The notes below the pieces were generated by a model. The model was not told where the DNA came from, ran no database searches, and was given only the letters and a program-made list of their open reading frames with translations. Shown here piece after piece: positions 41,075 to 50,480 of a DNA stretch of 64,000 nt (positions are counted from its first letter, which is position 1; every line of letters starts with the position of its first letter). The DNA is taken from the NCBI GenBank assembly GCA_963662265.2, contig CAXXHA010000001.1, positions 224,001-288,000 of the forward strand, read 5' to 3'. A program made the translations under genes and the position numbers. The stretch is from Spirochaetia bacterium (GTDB taxonomy: Bacteria; Spirochaetota; Spirochaetia; CADAEX01).

Positions 41075-41755
41075 TCAGATTTTTTCAGATACCGGTTTAT
41101 CAAGGATCTCCTTGAGAACAACAGCTTTCTGTATATCGGGATAACGGGAAAGTGTATCAAGTATCCCCCCTTTTTTCCTTCTGCCCCCGGATACAGAAGC
41201 AGTCTTTAACCCGGAAAGTGAACGGATGTCTTTCTTTCCGGCAGTTTTCTTTTCCTGCCCCCTGGAATATTTTTCAGATTTTTTCTTTTTATCAATCCAA
41301 TCATCAGGTATATCTTCCCTGTCCTCTTTACGGTAGTCTTTCTCCGGAGTATCATCCTTTACATCATATTTTACAAAACTTTCACGGGAATAGACTGTTT
41401 TAAGGAATTCCTTACCCTTATAACCTCTGGCATCAGCATAGGAATCCTGATGTACTTCTTCTGCATCAGGATAAGCAGCTTCTTCTGCCTCTTCCCGGTA
41501 GGCAGTTTCATATTCTCCGTCAGGCATGAATGCTGATTTGAAATCACGATCAGCATCTTCAGCATGCTGCCCCTCTTTCTTGAGCCGTTCTGCCTCTTCC
41601 ATGCTCTTTATAAGCTCTTCAAGCTTGTCCCTGAGCGGAGGAGATTTTGCTCCGGCAGATTTCTTTTTATCTCCGCCGGAAGCAGCTTTTTTTATCTTGT
41701 TCATCACCCTGACAATGAAAATAATCATGGCAATGAAAAATATCAAACCTTCCAT
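41075..41755 (-). CDS. Membrane-anchored charged protein (positional YqfB-like)
   Basis: N-terminal TM; C-terminal IQKAVVLKEILDKP motif; third gene after nfeD and floA. Confidence 0.7.
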   Translation of the reverse strand: MEGLIFFIAMIIFIVRVMNKIKKAASGGDKKKSAGAKSPPLRDKLEELIKSMEEAERLKKEGQHAEDADRDFKSAFMPDGEYETAYREEAEEAAYPDAEEVHQDSYADARGYKGKEFLKTVYSRESFVKYDVKDDTPEKDYRKEDREDIPDDWIDKKKKSEKYSRGQEKKTAGKKDIRSLSGLKTASVSGGRRKKGGILDTLSRYPDIQKAVVLKEILDKPVSEKI

Positions 41756-41766
41756 AACAGTTTGCC

Positions 41767-42771
41767 CTATTCGCCGTTTTTACCTTCGGCTGATTCATCT
41801 CCGGCCCTGCTGATCGCATCTCTCATGCTTGTATCAGATTCAATGTTCTTGAGCCTGTAATAATCCATTACACCGATTTTACCGGTTTTAAGCGCTTCTG
41901 CCATTGCAAGAGGAACCTGGGCCTGAGCATCGATAACCTTGGCCTGCATCTCCTGTGCCCGCGCCTTCATTTCCTGTTCCTGGGCAATAGCCATTGCCCT
42001 TCTGGTTTCAGCCCGTGCCTGGGCAATCTTGAGATCTGCTTCTGCCTGGTCAGTCTGCAGAGCTGCTCCGACATTATCACCGACATCAACATCAGCAATA
42101 TCTATTGAAAGGATCTCAAAAGCTGTACCTGAATCAAGACCTCTTTCAAGCACTACCTTGGAAATAAGATCCGGATTTTCAAGAACTGTCTTGTAGCTTT
42201 CTGAAGAACCGATTGCAGAGACAACACCTTCGCCTACACGGGCAATAATTGTATCTTCAGTCGCTCCGCCGACCAGATTTGCAATATTAGTCCTTACTGT
42301 AACCCTTGCCTTCCCTTTCAGCTGTATGCCGTCTTTTGCAACAGCGCTTATCATTCCGCTCTTGGGACAGTCGATAACTTTCGGGTTTACAGAAGTCTGT
42401 ACAGCTTCAAGCACATCACGGCCTGCAAGATCTATAGCCGCAGCCATGGAAAAATCAAGATTTATCTTTGCCTTGTTTGCAGCAATAAGAGACTGTACAA
42501 CTTTCATTATCTGCCCCCCGGCAAGATAATGGGTTTCAAGCATATTTGTTGTTATATCAATTCCCGCTTTCTGCGCTGAAATAAGCGCCTCGACAATAAG
42601 TTTAGGGGGAACTCTCCTGAATCTCATCAGAAAGAGCTGAATAAGAGATACTCTTACACCGCTTGCTACAGCACTGAACCATAAAGGTATTGGTATGAAG
42701 CTGAAAAAAATTACAAGAAAAAGTATGACAAGTATTGTCATGATAATAACTAGAAAAGGGAAACCAATCAT
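41767..42771 (-). CDS. floA: Flotillin-like protein FloA (YqfA)
   Basis: [52 protein letters not shown]. Confidence 0.95.
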   Translation of the reverse strand: MIGFPFLVIIMTILVILFLVIFFSFIPIPLWFSAVASGVRVSLIQLFLMRFRRVPPKLIVEALISAQKAGIDITTNMLETHYLAGGQIMKVVQSLIAANKAKINLDFSMAAAIDLAGRDVLEAVQTSVNPKVIDCPKSGMISAVAKDGIQLKGKARVTVRTNIANLVGGATEDTIIARVGEGVVSAIGSSESYKTVLENPDLISKVVLERGLDSGTAFEILSIDIADVDVGDNVGAALQTDQAEADLKIAQARAETRRAMAIAQEQEMKARAQEMQAKVIDAQAQVPLAMAEALKTGKIGVMDYYRLKNIESDTSMRDAISRAGDESAEGKNGE

Positions 42772-42786
42772 TTAAACCTCCAATAT

Positions 42787-42820
42787 CGCTTTCGAGCACT
42801 TCCCTTCAGGAAGTCTCTGC
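42787..42820 (-). ncRNA. Candidate cis-acting structured RNA motif, copy 2 (before floA)
   Basis: GCAGAG-ACTTCC-TGAAG-GGAAGT-GCTCGAAAGCG; compensatory T-A to C-G change relative to copy 1. Confidence 0.5.
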
Positions 42821-42846
42821 CGCTGCTGATAAAAAACAAGTTTTTA

Positions 42847-44166
42847 TCAGTTTTCTGTTTTTTCTCTGGCAACAACAATATTGTTGCTTTCTATTTTTTG
42901 TACAATAACTATTGTGTTTTTCTCGATATAACTCCCGTTACTTACAGCCTGATATATCATTCCCCCGATATCAACCTTTCCCGAGGGTCTGAGAACAGTC
43001 ACTGCTGTTCCTTTCATTCCGACAAGGGAGGTGTCAGTTTCCACCTTGAGATTCATGTCTGTAGAGGGATCATCCTGAAGAGTAAGACGCCTGAATGTCT
43101 TCGTCTTTATGACTGTCTTATAGCTCAGCACAAGAAAAATCACTGACATGAGTATAATAGTGCTTAAGGCTGCCCCTGCAGCCGCATAATCAGACATATA
43201 GGGAATATCAGAGATCATGGAGAAATAAAGACCGCCGAAAACAAGTATAATGCCGGAAATCCCGGCAAAACCGAATCCGGGAATGACAAAGACCTCAAGA
43301 ACAAGAAGTATTAGGCCCAGAATAATTGCACTGATCTCAATCCAGTTAGCCATTCTCAATATGTAATGACTCATTATAAAAGCGGTAAATGCAAGGATTC
43401 CGATTATTCCGGGAAACCCGAATCCGGGGCTTCTCAGCTCGAAGAAAATACCGACCATGCCAAGTGTCAGGAGAATTGATGCAACAGCAGGATTGGTAAG
43501 CAGCCTTACAATAGTCTCCTTCAGAGAGACAGTAACATCAGTACTGTTTTTAATTTCCAGATATTCAAAAAGTTTATCTTCATCTTCTATGATTTTATCC
43601 GCAAATCCAAGCTCAAGGGCCTCCTCTGCAGTAAGAGTCAGAAGCTTCCCCTCTTCAGAGATATCAGGAATAACAATACTCTCATCAACCATAGCCTCCC
43701 CGACAAGGGGGTCCCTTCCCTTTGCCTCACATGTCGACCTCATCTCTGCCCTCATGTATGAAACCTGCTTTTCTGTAAGTTTCTGTCCCTGCTGATTCAC
43801 AGGTGTTACTGCACCTATTGTGGAACCTTTAGTCATGAAAACCTGGTCGCAGGAGAGAGTAATAAGAGCACCTGCAGAAATTGCCCTGCTGTTGACAAAT
43901 GCGGCTGTTTTGATTTCCGTGCCAATAATTGCATCCTTGATTTCTGTGGCAGCATCAACCCTGCCCCCGAATGTGTTGATAAGAAATACAATATAATCTG
44001 CTTTTTTATTTTCTGCTTCCTCGATTCCCCGCTTCACAGTGAGCGGAAGCCCCAGATCAATCATCCCTTCGACAGGGATAACAATGCTTTCTGAAAAGAT
44101 ATTACCTGAAACTGTTACAAGAAACAGGAAAAAAAATATTTTAAAATATGCTGTTTTTTTTATCAT
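42847..44166 (-). CDS. nfeD: NfeD-family membrane serine protease (YqeZ-like)
   Basis: NTFGG, AISAGA, IGA, KLLTLT; TM block with PGFG; C-terminal OB fold LRPSGK. Confidence 0.92.
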   Translation of the reverse strand: MIKKTAYFKIFFFLFLVTVSGNIFSESIVIPVEGMIDLGLPLTVKRGIEEAENKKADYIVFLINTFGGRVDAATEIKDAIIGTEIKTAAFVNSRAISAGALITLSCDQVFMTKGSTIGAVTPVNQQGQKLTEKQVSYMRAEMRSTCEAKGRDPLVGEAMVDESIVIPDISEEGKLLTLTAEEALELGFADKIIEDEDKLFEYLEIKNSTDVTVSLKETIVRLLTNPAVASILLTLGMVGIFFELRSPGFGFPGIIGILAFTAFIMSHYILRMANWIEISAIILGLILLVLEVFVIPGFGFAGISGIILVFGGLYFSMISDIPYMSDYAAAGAALSTIILMSVIFLVLSYKTVIKTKTFRRLTLQDDPSTDMNLKVETDTSLVGMKGTAVTVLRPSGKVDIGGMIYQAVSNGSYIEKNTIVIVQKIESNNIVVAREKTEN

Positions 44167-44399
44167 ACTTAATTATAGTCTTATAAAAGCTGTTAGTACA
44201 ATAGAGTTTTTTCTGCTGGCAATATTGCTGAAGAGTAAGTCCTTTTTCCATTAAAACAGTAAAAATAAATACAATATTCGGCAATACATAGCGTTTTCCT
44301 TATATACCTGCTGTTTCTAAAATTGACAACAACAGGTAAAAGAATGTATAAAATAAATATTACTGAAACTGCTAACCGCTTTCATTACAAAACAACAAC

Positions 44400-45167
44400 T
44401 TGCTGTATCATATGGAAAAAGGATTTCTGCTTTTGAATAAAAAAAGTATTATCAAAAGAACTGCAAAAAAAACAACATTCCTGGTCTTTTTCACACTGTT
44501 TATAACAAATTTGGTAATTTTCATATTCAAACCTGTAGTTCTCAGGGGAATGATAATTGGAAACCTTCTTTCATTTTTCATCCCTGTTCTTGTGGGAATT
44601 ATCTTTCTTTATGAAATTGAACTGAATACAGAAAAAATCAATTCTCTGAACAAAGAACTGAAAAAAAGGGCTTACAGGGATTACCTGACAGATCTTTACA
44701 ACAGGAGAAAACTGTTTGAAACAACGCCTCAGCTTATTGAAATTGCAAGGAGATACAGTCAGCAGGTTTCTTTCTGCCTGTTTGACATAGATGATTTTAA
44801 AATTATCAACGACACAGAAGGACACCTTGAAGGGGATAATCTTCTTATTGAAATTGGAAAAATCATGAATAAAACATTGAGAAAATCAGATATCCCCGGC
44901 CGATTCGGAGGAGATGAGTTTTATATATTTTTCCCGTTAACAGAGGAAGAACAGGCTCTTTCAGCAGTTAATAAAATCAGGCAGAAGATAGAGAAGGTTA
45001 CAACCCCTTCCGGCAGGAAAATAACCTGCAGTTTCGGAATAACTTCTTACAGGAGTGATGAAATACCGGAGATTTCATTTATATTGAAAAAAACTGATGA
45101 TGCATTATATGCTGCAAAAAACAACGGGAAAAACAGGATAATTACCAATAATTCAACTGTTGCCTGA
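44400..45167 (+). CDS. Two-TM diguanylate cyclase
   Basis: DYLTDLYNRR, DIDDFK.IND, RKSD I-site, RFGGDEF; start uncertain. Confidence 0.9.
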   Translation: MLYHMEKGFLLLNKKSIIKRTAKKTTFLVFFTLFITNLVIFIFKPVVLRGMIIGNLLSFFIPVLVGIIFLYEIELNTEKINSLNKELKKRAYRDYLTDLYNRRKLFETTPQLIEIARRYSQQVSFCLFDIDDFKIINDTEGHLEGDNLLIEIGKIMNKTLRKSDIPGRFGGDEFYIFFPLTEEEQALSAVNKIRQKIEKVTTPSGRKITCSFGITSYRSDEIPEISFILKKTDDALYAAKNNGKNRIITNNSTVA

Positions 45168-47045
45168 ATTTTCAAGCTCTTCCCACCTGCCATATTTATC
45201 TTCAATAAGGCTGATTACCTCTTTATAGCGGGAATCAGCATTTTTAAGTTCCTCAGATCCCGGAGCTTCTGTAATAAATACTTTTTCAAGCTCCTCTTTT
45301 TCAGTTTCAAGAGCAAGTATATCATCCTCAATAGTTTCAAGTTCCCTCTTTTCCCTGTAAGAAAGACCTCTTGAACTCCTGTTGACAGCTTTTCCCGAAC
45401 CTCCATTATTTTCCTTTTTCGGCAATGTATCCTTTGCAGTATCCTGATTCAGCTTTGACGGAAGATCGCTGAAGTATTCTGTAACATCGCCAGAATAACC
45501 TTTAACATTCCCCGAACCATCCAGAATGAAAAGCATATCTGCAGTCCTGTCAAGGAAAAACCTGTCATGGGAAACAACAACTGTGCATCCTGCAAACCCT
45601 GAAAGGAAATCCTCAAGCACAGACAGTGTCTGAAGATCGAAATCATTTGTCGGTTCGTCAAATATAAGAAAATTGGGATTTTCAAGGAGTATTTTAAGTA
45701 GAAAAAGCTTTTTCCTTTCTCCCCCAGAAAGATTTGATATTTCTGTATAAAGAAGATTTTTAGGAAAGAGAAACATCTCAAGAAATCTTGAAGGGGAAAC
45801 CGTACTTCCATCCTTCAGTGTTATTACTTCCGCTGTTTCCTCAATATAATCAACAGCCCTCATGTCTCCGGGCAGTTCCCTTGACATCTGGTCATAATAA
45901 CCGATCTTCGTATTTATTCCCCTGTCGACAGTACCGCTGTCCGGTTCTGTCCTTCCTGCTATAATATTCAGGATAGTACTCTTGCCGCTGCCGTTTGGTC
46001 CGATTATGCCTATCCTGTCACCTTTTTTGAAACTGAAAGTAAAATCACTTACAGCTGTAATACCGGGGTATTTTTTTTCAATATCCATCATATCAAGAAT
46101 CTTACCGCCCAGCCTCTTTCCTGATACCTGAAAAGATGCAGATGATTCTTTTTCTCCCGTGAGCCGCATCTTGAGATCAAAATAACGTTCCTTACGCTTT
46201 TTGTCCTTTCCTGCCCTTGCCCTGGGACCCCGTTTTATCCATTCCGATTCATTTCTGAGAATATTTTTTATCCTGTCATTTTCTCTTGCTCTGGAATTTT
46301 CCCTTTCAAAACGTGTAACAAGATACCTGGAATAATTTCCATCATAGGAATAGAGAGTTTTATCCTCAATTTCAAGAATTTTTCCGCAGACAGCATCCAT
46401 GAAATACCTGTCATGAGTAACAAGAAGAACAGCTTTGCCGCATCCTGCAAGGTATTTTTCAAGCCACCGGATTGTTCCGATATCAAGATGGTTTGTAGGC
46501 TCATCAAGAATAATAAGATTTGAATCTATGACAAGTGTTCTTGCTATTGCAGCTTTCTTTATCATTCCACCGGAGAGAGTATCCATTCTCTGTGAAAGAT
46601 TATTAATTCCGAGTTCTGATAAAATTGAATGAATCCTGCTTTCAAGAGACCAGCAGTCAAGACGGTCCATTTCCTCCATAACAGCAGAATACCTGTTGAT
46701 TAATTCCTCATCACCATCTTTAATCAGGAATGAGAGTGTTTCATACTCCCGGATGACACTGATATCTTCCGACTTCCCTGAAAGAATGAAATCAGCAATT
46801 GTTTCAGATTCCTTAAAAACAGGATGCTGTTCAAGAAATGTGCATTTAAGAATGCTGTTACAGGCAACTGTACCGGATTCCACCCCTCTCATCCCTGCAA
46901 GAAGCCTGAGAAGTGTTGATTTGCCGCATCCGTTCCGGCCGAGAAGGGCAATCTTCTCCCCTTCATTTATACCGAAAGTTATATTGCTGAATAATTCTCT
47001 TCCCCCCTCGGTATGGGAAAGACTGTTTACAGATATCAGGTTCAT
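45153..47045 (-). CDS. uup: ABC-F ATPase (Uup-like)
   Basis: Two NBDs (GRNGCGKST, LSGG, DEPTNHLD; GPNGSGKST, LSGGE, DEPTND); C-terminal LSYREKREL...RWEEL. Confidence 0.9.
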   Translation of the reverse strand: MNLISVNSLSHTEGGRELFSNITFGINEGEKIALLGRNGCGKSTLLRLLAGMRGVESGTVACNSILKCTFLEQHPVFKESETIADFILSGKSEDISVIREYETLSFLIKDGDEELINRYSAVMEEMDRLDCWSLESRIHSILSELGINNLSQRMDTLSGGMIKKAAIARTLVIDSNLIILDEPTNHLDIGTIRWLEKYLAGCGKAVLLVTHDRYFMDAVCGKILEIEDKTLYSYDGNYSRYLVTRFERENSRARENDRIKNILRNESEWIKRGPRARAGKDKKRKERYFDLKMRLTGEKESSASFQVSGKRLGGKILDMMDIEKKYPGITAVSDFTFSFKKGDRIGIIGPNGSGKSTILNIIAGRTEPDSGTVDRGINTKIGYYDQMSRELPGDMRAVDYIEETAEVITLKDGSTVSPSRFLEMFLFPKNLLYTEISNLSGGERKKLFLLKILLENPNFLIFDEPTNDFDLQTLSVLEDFLSGFAGCTVVVSHDRFFLDRTADMLFILDGSGNVKGYSGDVTEYFSDLPSKLNQDTAKDTLPKKENNGGSGKAVNRSSRGLSYREKRELETIEDDILALETEKEELEKVFITEAPGSEELKNADSRYKEVISLIEDKYGRWEELENSGNS

Positions 47046-47215
47046 GAAAACAATCTAGCAGATTAAAGGGAATTAGACCATATTATTGATAAAAACCAGC
47101 CTGTTATCTGCCTGATCGTATACAGCCTCAATAAACATAATCAAAAACAATTATTCATTCTTTATCTTGACCAATGTTCTGGTAAAACACATCTTTTTTC
47201 TCTAATATTATATAT

Positions 47216-49705
47216 ATGAAAGAGAGAATATCTATTCTGCTCATTTTCCTGCTGCTCATTTTATCCTCCTGTATGAAGGGAGCAGGCAGCAATGAAAAAA
47301 CAGATATTACACCGGAAGAAATAAGATGGCTTGACAACAATATAAACAGCATTGTCTTCACACCTGACCCGGCATTCCTGCCGTTTGAAGCATTTGACGG
47401 CAGAGGAAATTTTATCGGGATAGGAGCTGATTTTCTCTCTGAATTTGAAAAGCGGCTGTCTGTTAAATTCAAAACAAGACAGCTTAAAGACTGGAGCGCC
47501 GTATTAAAACAGCTTGAAAGCGGTGATTCATCAGGAGTCATGGCAATAACAAAAACACAGGAGAGAAGCAAATATCTTGATTTTTCAGAACCATATATAA
47601 ATGTTCCTGTAGTTATACTCAGCAGAGAGGAACTGAAGCCGTTAAAACAGCTGAACAGGGCATTATCATACAAGACAGGAATGACAACCGGGTATGCATA
47701 TTTCAACGCAGTTAAAGATCAATACAACTACCTTAATTATGTAGATTTTGATACTGATATTGAAGGGATAAAACAGCTTGCCTACGGAAATATTGACCTG
47801 CTTGTAATAAATATAGCAAGCGCGTCATATTACATCACCGAATATGGATTGACAAATCTGAAGGTATCGGAAGAAACAGATTATTCTTTTAAACTTACCG
47901 TTGGTATAAACAGGAATATGCCCGAGCTTCTTTCAATTTTCAATAAAATACTCTCAGCCATGCCGGAAAATGAAAAAAAGCAGATAATAGACAAATGGAT
48001 AAGTCTGGGTCAGCCATGGTATGAAAAATATCCAAAGCTGTTTATTTTCATCATTGTTGATATAATTGTCCTTTTTATAGCATTTTTCTCCTTTTTCCTT
48101 GTTATGATAATTAACAGGACTCTTAAAAAAAGGGTGGAAGCACAAACTGAGGAACTGTTAAAAACAGAAGAATTTCTTAAAGAGCTTCTTGAAATCATAC
48201 CGGATCCTGTCTTTGTAAAAAACAGCAAACATCAGTATATACTTGTAAACAAGGCATTTACAGAAATACTGGATAAAAAACCTGAAGAATTAATCGGTAA
48301 AACAGAATTTGATATTTTTTCAGAAAAAGATGCTGAAAGATTCATTGTTTCTGATTTGGCAGTCTTGAACAAGAATACAATTCTCACATATGAAGACACC
48401 CACAGGACAAAAGAGGGAAAAATCCTCAACCTGATTGCAAAAAAAACAGCATTGACAAGGTATTCAGGAGAAAAAAACATAGTAACAATTCTTCATGATA
48501 TTACAGAGCTGAGGGAAAAAGAAAAAGAGCTTATGCAGGCCCAGAAGCTTGAAACAATAGGTAGGCTGTCAGGAGGATTTGCGCATGATTTCAACAATAT
48601 TCTGGGGGGAATTATAGGGCCTATTGAACTCATTGAATATGAAATAAACAGTGAAGATGAAATCCCGGTAAAGGAAATTATGGAATATACAGCACTGGCA
48701 AAAAAATCATCTGAAAGGGCAAAAAAAATAATACAGCAGCTGCTAAGCCTCTCACGGAAAAATCAGAAAAAATTTGAACCTGTTGAGGTCAAAAAAGCTG
48801 TTCAGAATGTTATTGATATTGCCTCATACAGTTTTGACAAGCAGGTTGAAATTAAAACAATTACAACAAACTCCCCGTACTATATCATAGGCGATTATTC
48901 CATGCTTGAGCAGGCACTTTTAAACATACTGATAAATGCCTGCCATTCAATGACAATTATGAGAAGTGACAAAAGAGAATGGGGCGGAACAATAACAATT
49001 GAAATTTCAGAAAAAAATATAGCAAAAGAAGAAGAAAAAACAGAAACAGGATCTCTTGCACCTGGAAAATACTGTATTGTCAGGATATCAGACACAGGGA
49101 TAGGGATGGATAAAAAGACCAGAGAACTTATTTTTGAACCTTTTTACAGCACAAAAAAGGGAGAGGGAAGCGGTCTGGGACTGACAATGGTTATAAATAT
49201 TGTAAACAGTTTCAGCGGTTCCATAAAACTGGAATCTGAAAAAGGAAAAGGAACAGAGTTCACACTTTTTTTTCCTGTAATTAAGATTAAGCCGGATAAT
49301 GAAGAATCTTTTAGCAACAGTATAATAAGAGGCAGCGGAAATATTGTTATTATAGATGACGAGGAAAGCATAAGATCGACTTCCTCAACAATGCTTGAAC
49401 TCTGCGGATATAAAACAAAGGCATTTTCAAACGGAAAAGACGCACTGGAATATATTACAAAAAACAGCGAATCTGTCGACATGGTTTTACTTGATTTTAT
49501 CATGCCGGGATTATCTGCACAGAATACCTACAGGGGTATAAAAGAGATAAATCCGGAAATTGCCGTCATACTGATCTCTGGGTCCAGCAACGATGAAAGA
49601 ATTAAACCGCTGCTTGATGCAGGTATAGACAGTTTCATTCCAAAACCTTTCACCCTCCAGGCACTTTCAGAAGAAACCGCAAAAATACTGTTCAGGAAAA
49701 AATAA
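47216..49705 (+). CDS. Hybrid sensor histidine kinase (PBPb - TM - PAS - HisKA - HATPase - REC)
   Basis: AHDFNNILG, NILINA, SDTGIGM, FEPFYSTK, GSGLGL; receiver DD..D..K. Confidence 0.93.
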   Translation: MKERISILLIFLLLILSSCMKGAGSNEKTDITPEEIRWLDNNINSIVFTPDPAFLPFEAFDGRGNFIGIGADFLSEFEKRLSVKFKTRQLKDWSAVLKQLESGDSSGVMAITKTQERSKYLDFSEPYINVPVVILSREELKPLKQLNRALSYKTGMTTGYAYFNAVKDQYNYLNYVDFDTDIEGIKQLAYGNIDLLVINIASASYYITEYGLTNLKVSEETDYSFKLTVGINRNMPELLSIFNKILSAMPENEKKQIIDKWISLGQPWYEKYPKLFIFIIVDIIVLFIAFFSFFLVMIINRTLKKRVEAQTEELLKTEEFLKELLEIIPDPVFVKNSKHQYILVNKAFTEILDKKPEELIGKTEFDIFSEKDAERFIVSDLAVLNKNTILTYEDTHRTKEGKILNLIAKKTALTRYSGEKNIVTILHDITELREKEKELMQAQKLETIGRLSGGFAHDFNNILGGIIGPIELIEYEINSEDEIPVKEIMEYTALAKKSSERAKKIIQQLLSLSRKNQKKFEPVEVKKAVQNVIDIASYSFDKQVEIKTITTNSPYYIIGDYSMLEQALLNILINACHSMTIMRSDKREWGGTITIEISEKNIAKEEEKTETGSLAPGKYCIVRISDTGIGMDKKTRELIFEPFYSTKKGEGSGLGLTMVINIVNSFSGSIKLESEKGKGTEFTLFFPVIKIKPDNEESFSNSIIRGSGNIVIIDDEESIRSTSSTMLELCGYKTKAFSNGKDALEYITKNSESVDMVLLDFIMPGLSAQNTYRGIKEINPEIAVILISGSSNDERIKPLLDAGIDSFIPKPFTLQALSEETAKILFRKK

Positions 49706-49748
49706 AAAAACAGTCAAATCAATGATTACATCAGACAAACAGACTCTT

Positions 49749-49827
49749 ACGATATTATTTTATCGATATTTTGTTGCAATATAATATAATTCATGTATAA
49801 TAAAAAGTTGATAAGTGCCTATCGATA
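49749..49827 (+). promoter_or_regulatory. rex upstream region with two 7-4-7 Rex-like boxes
   Basis: ACGATAT-TATT-TTATCGA (49749) and TTGATAA-GTGC-CTATCGA (49808). Confidence 0.6.
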
Positions 49828-49841
49828 AATCAGGAGGTTGA

Positions 49842-50465
49842 ATGAAAGCACCGCTTCCTACAGTGAAAAGAGGTCCGCTTTATATGCGGATACTGAGAGA
49901 ATATCAGCAGAACAGTATTGAATGGATTTCTGCAACAGATATCGCATTAAGATTCAAACTCACTCCTATCCAGGTAAGAAAAGACCTGGCCCTTACAGGG
50001 GTAACAGGAACTCCCAAAAAAGGATTTCAAGTTGATGAACTTTTAATAGCATTAAAAGAATTCCTCGGATGGAACAACACGAATGAAGCGTTTCTTGTCG
50101 GGGCCGGGCAACTAGGTTCAGCTCTGCTTGGACACAAGGGTTTCGCAGATCACGGTCTCAGTATAGTTGCGGCATTTGACACAGACCCTGAAATAATCGG
50201 AACAGAAATCCATGGAACAAAAATCATGGATATAAGCAAGCTTGAACTTCTTGTAAAAAGAATGGGTATAAAAATCGGGATAATCACTGTTCCGGCAGTC
50301 TTTGCGCAGGCGACAGCTGAACTGCTTGTCGATGCCGGAATAAAAGGGATATGGAACTTTACCAGCGCCAAGCTTAAACTGCCTGATAATATCATTGTCC
50401 ACAGGGAAGATCTTGCTGCAGGCTTTGCAGTGCTTTCTGCGAAGATATCCAAGTTGGAGAATTAA
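49842..50465 (+). CDS. rex: Redox-sensing repressor Rex
   Basis: QVRKDL, G.PKKGF, VGAGQLGSAL, AAFD, GIWNF. Confidence 0.95.
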   Translation: MKAPLPTVKRGPLYMRILREYQQNSIEWISATDIALRFKLTPIQVRKDLALTGVTGTPKKGFQVDELLIALKEFLGWNNTNEAFLVGAGQLGSALLGHKGFADHGLSIVAAFDTDPEIIGTEIHGTKIMDISKLELLVKRMGIKIGIITVPAVFAQATAELLVDAGIKGIWNFTSAKLKLPDNIIVHREDLAAGFAVLSAKISKLEN

Positions 50466-50480
50466 TTAAATCTTCTGTTT

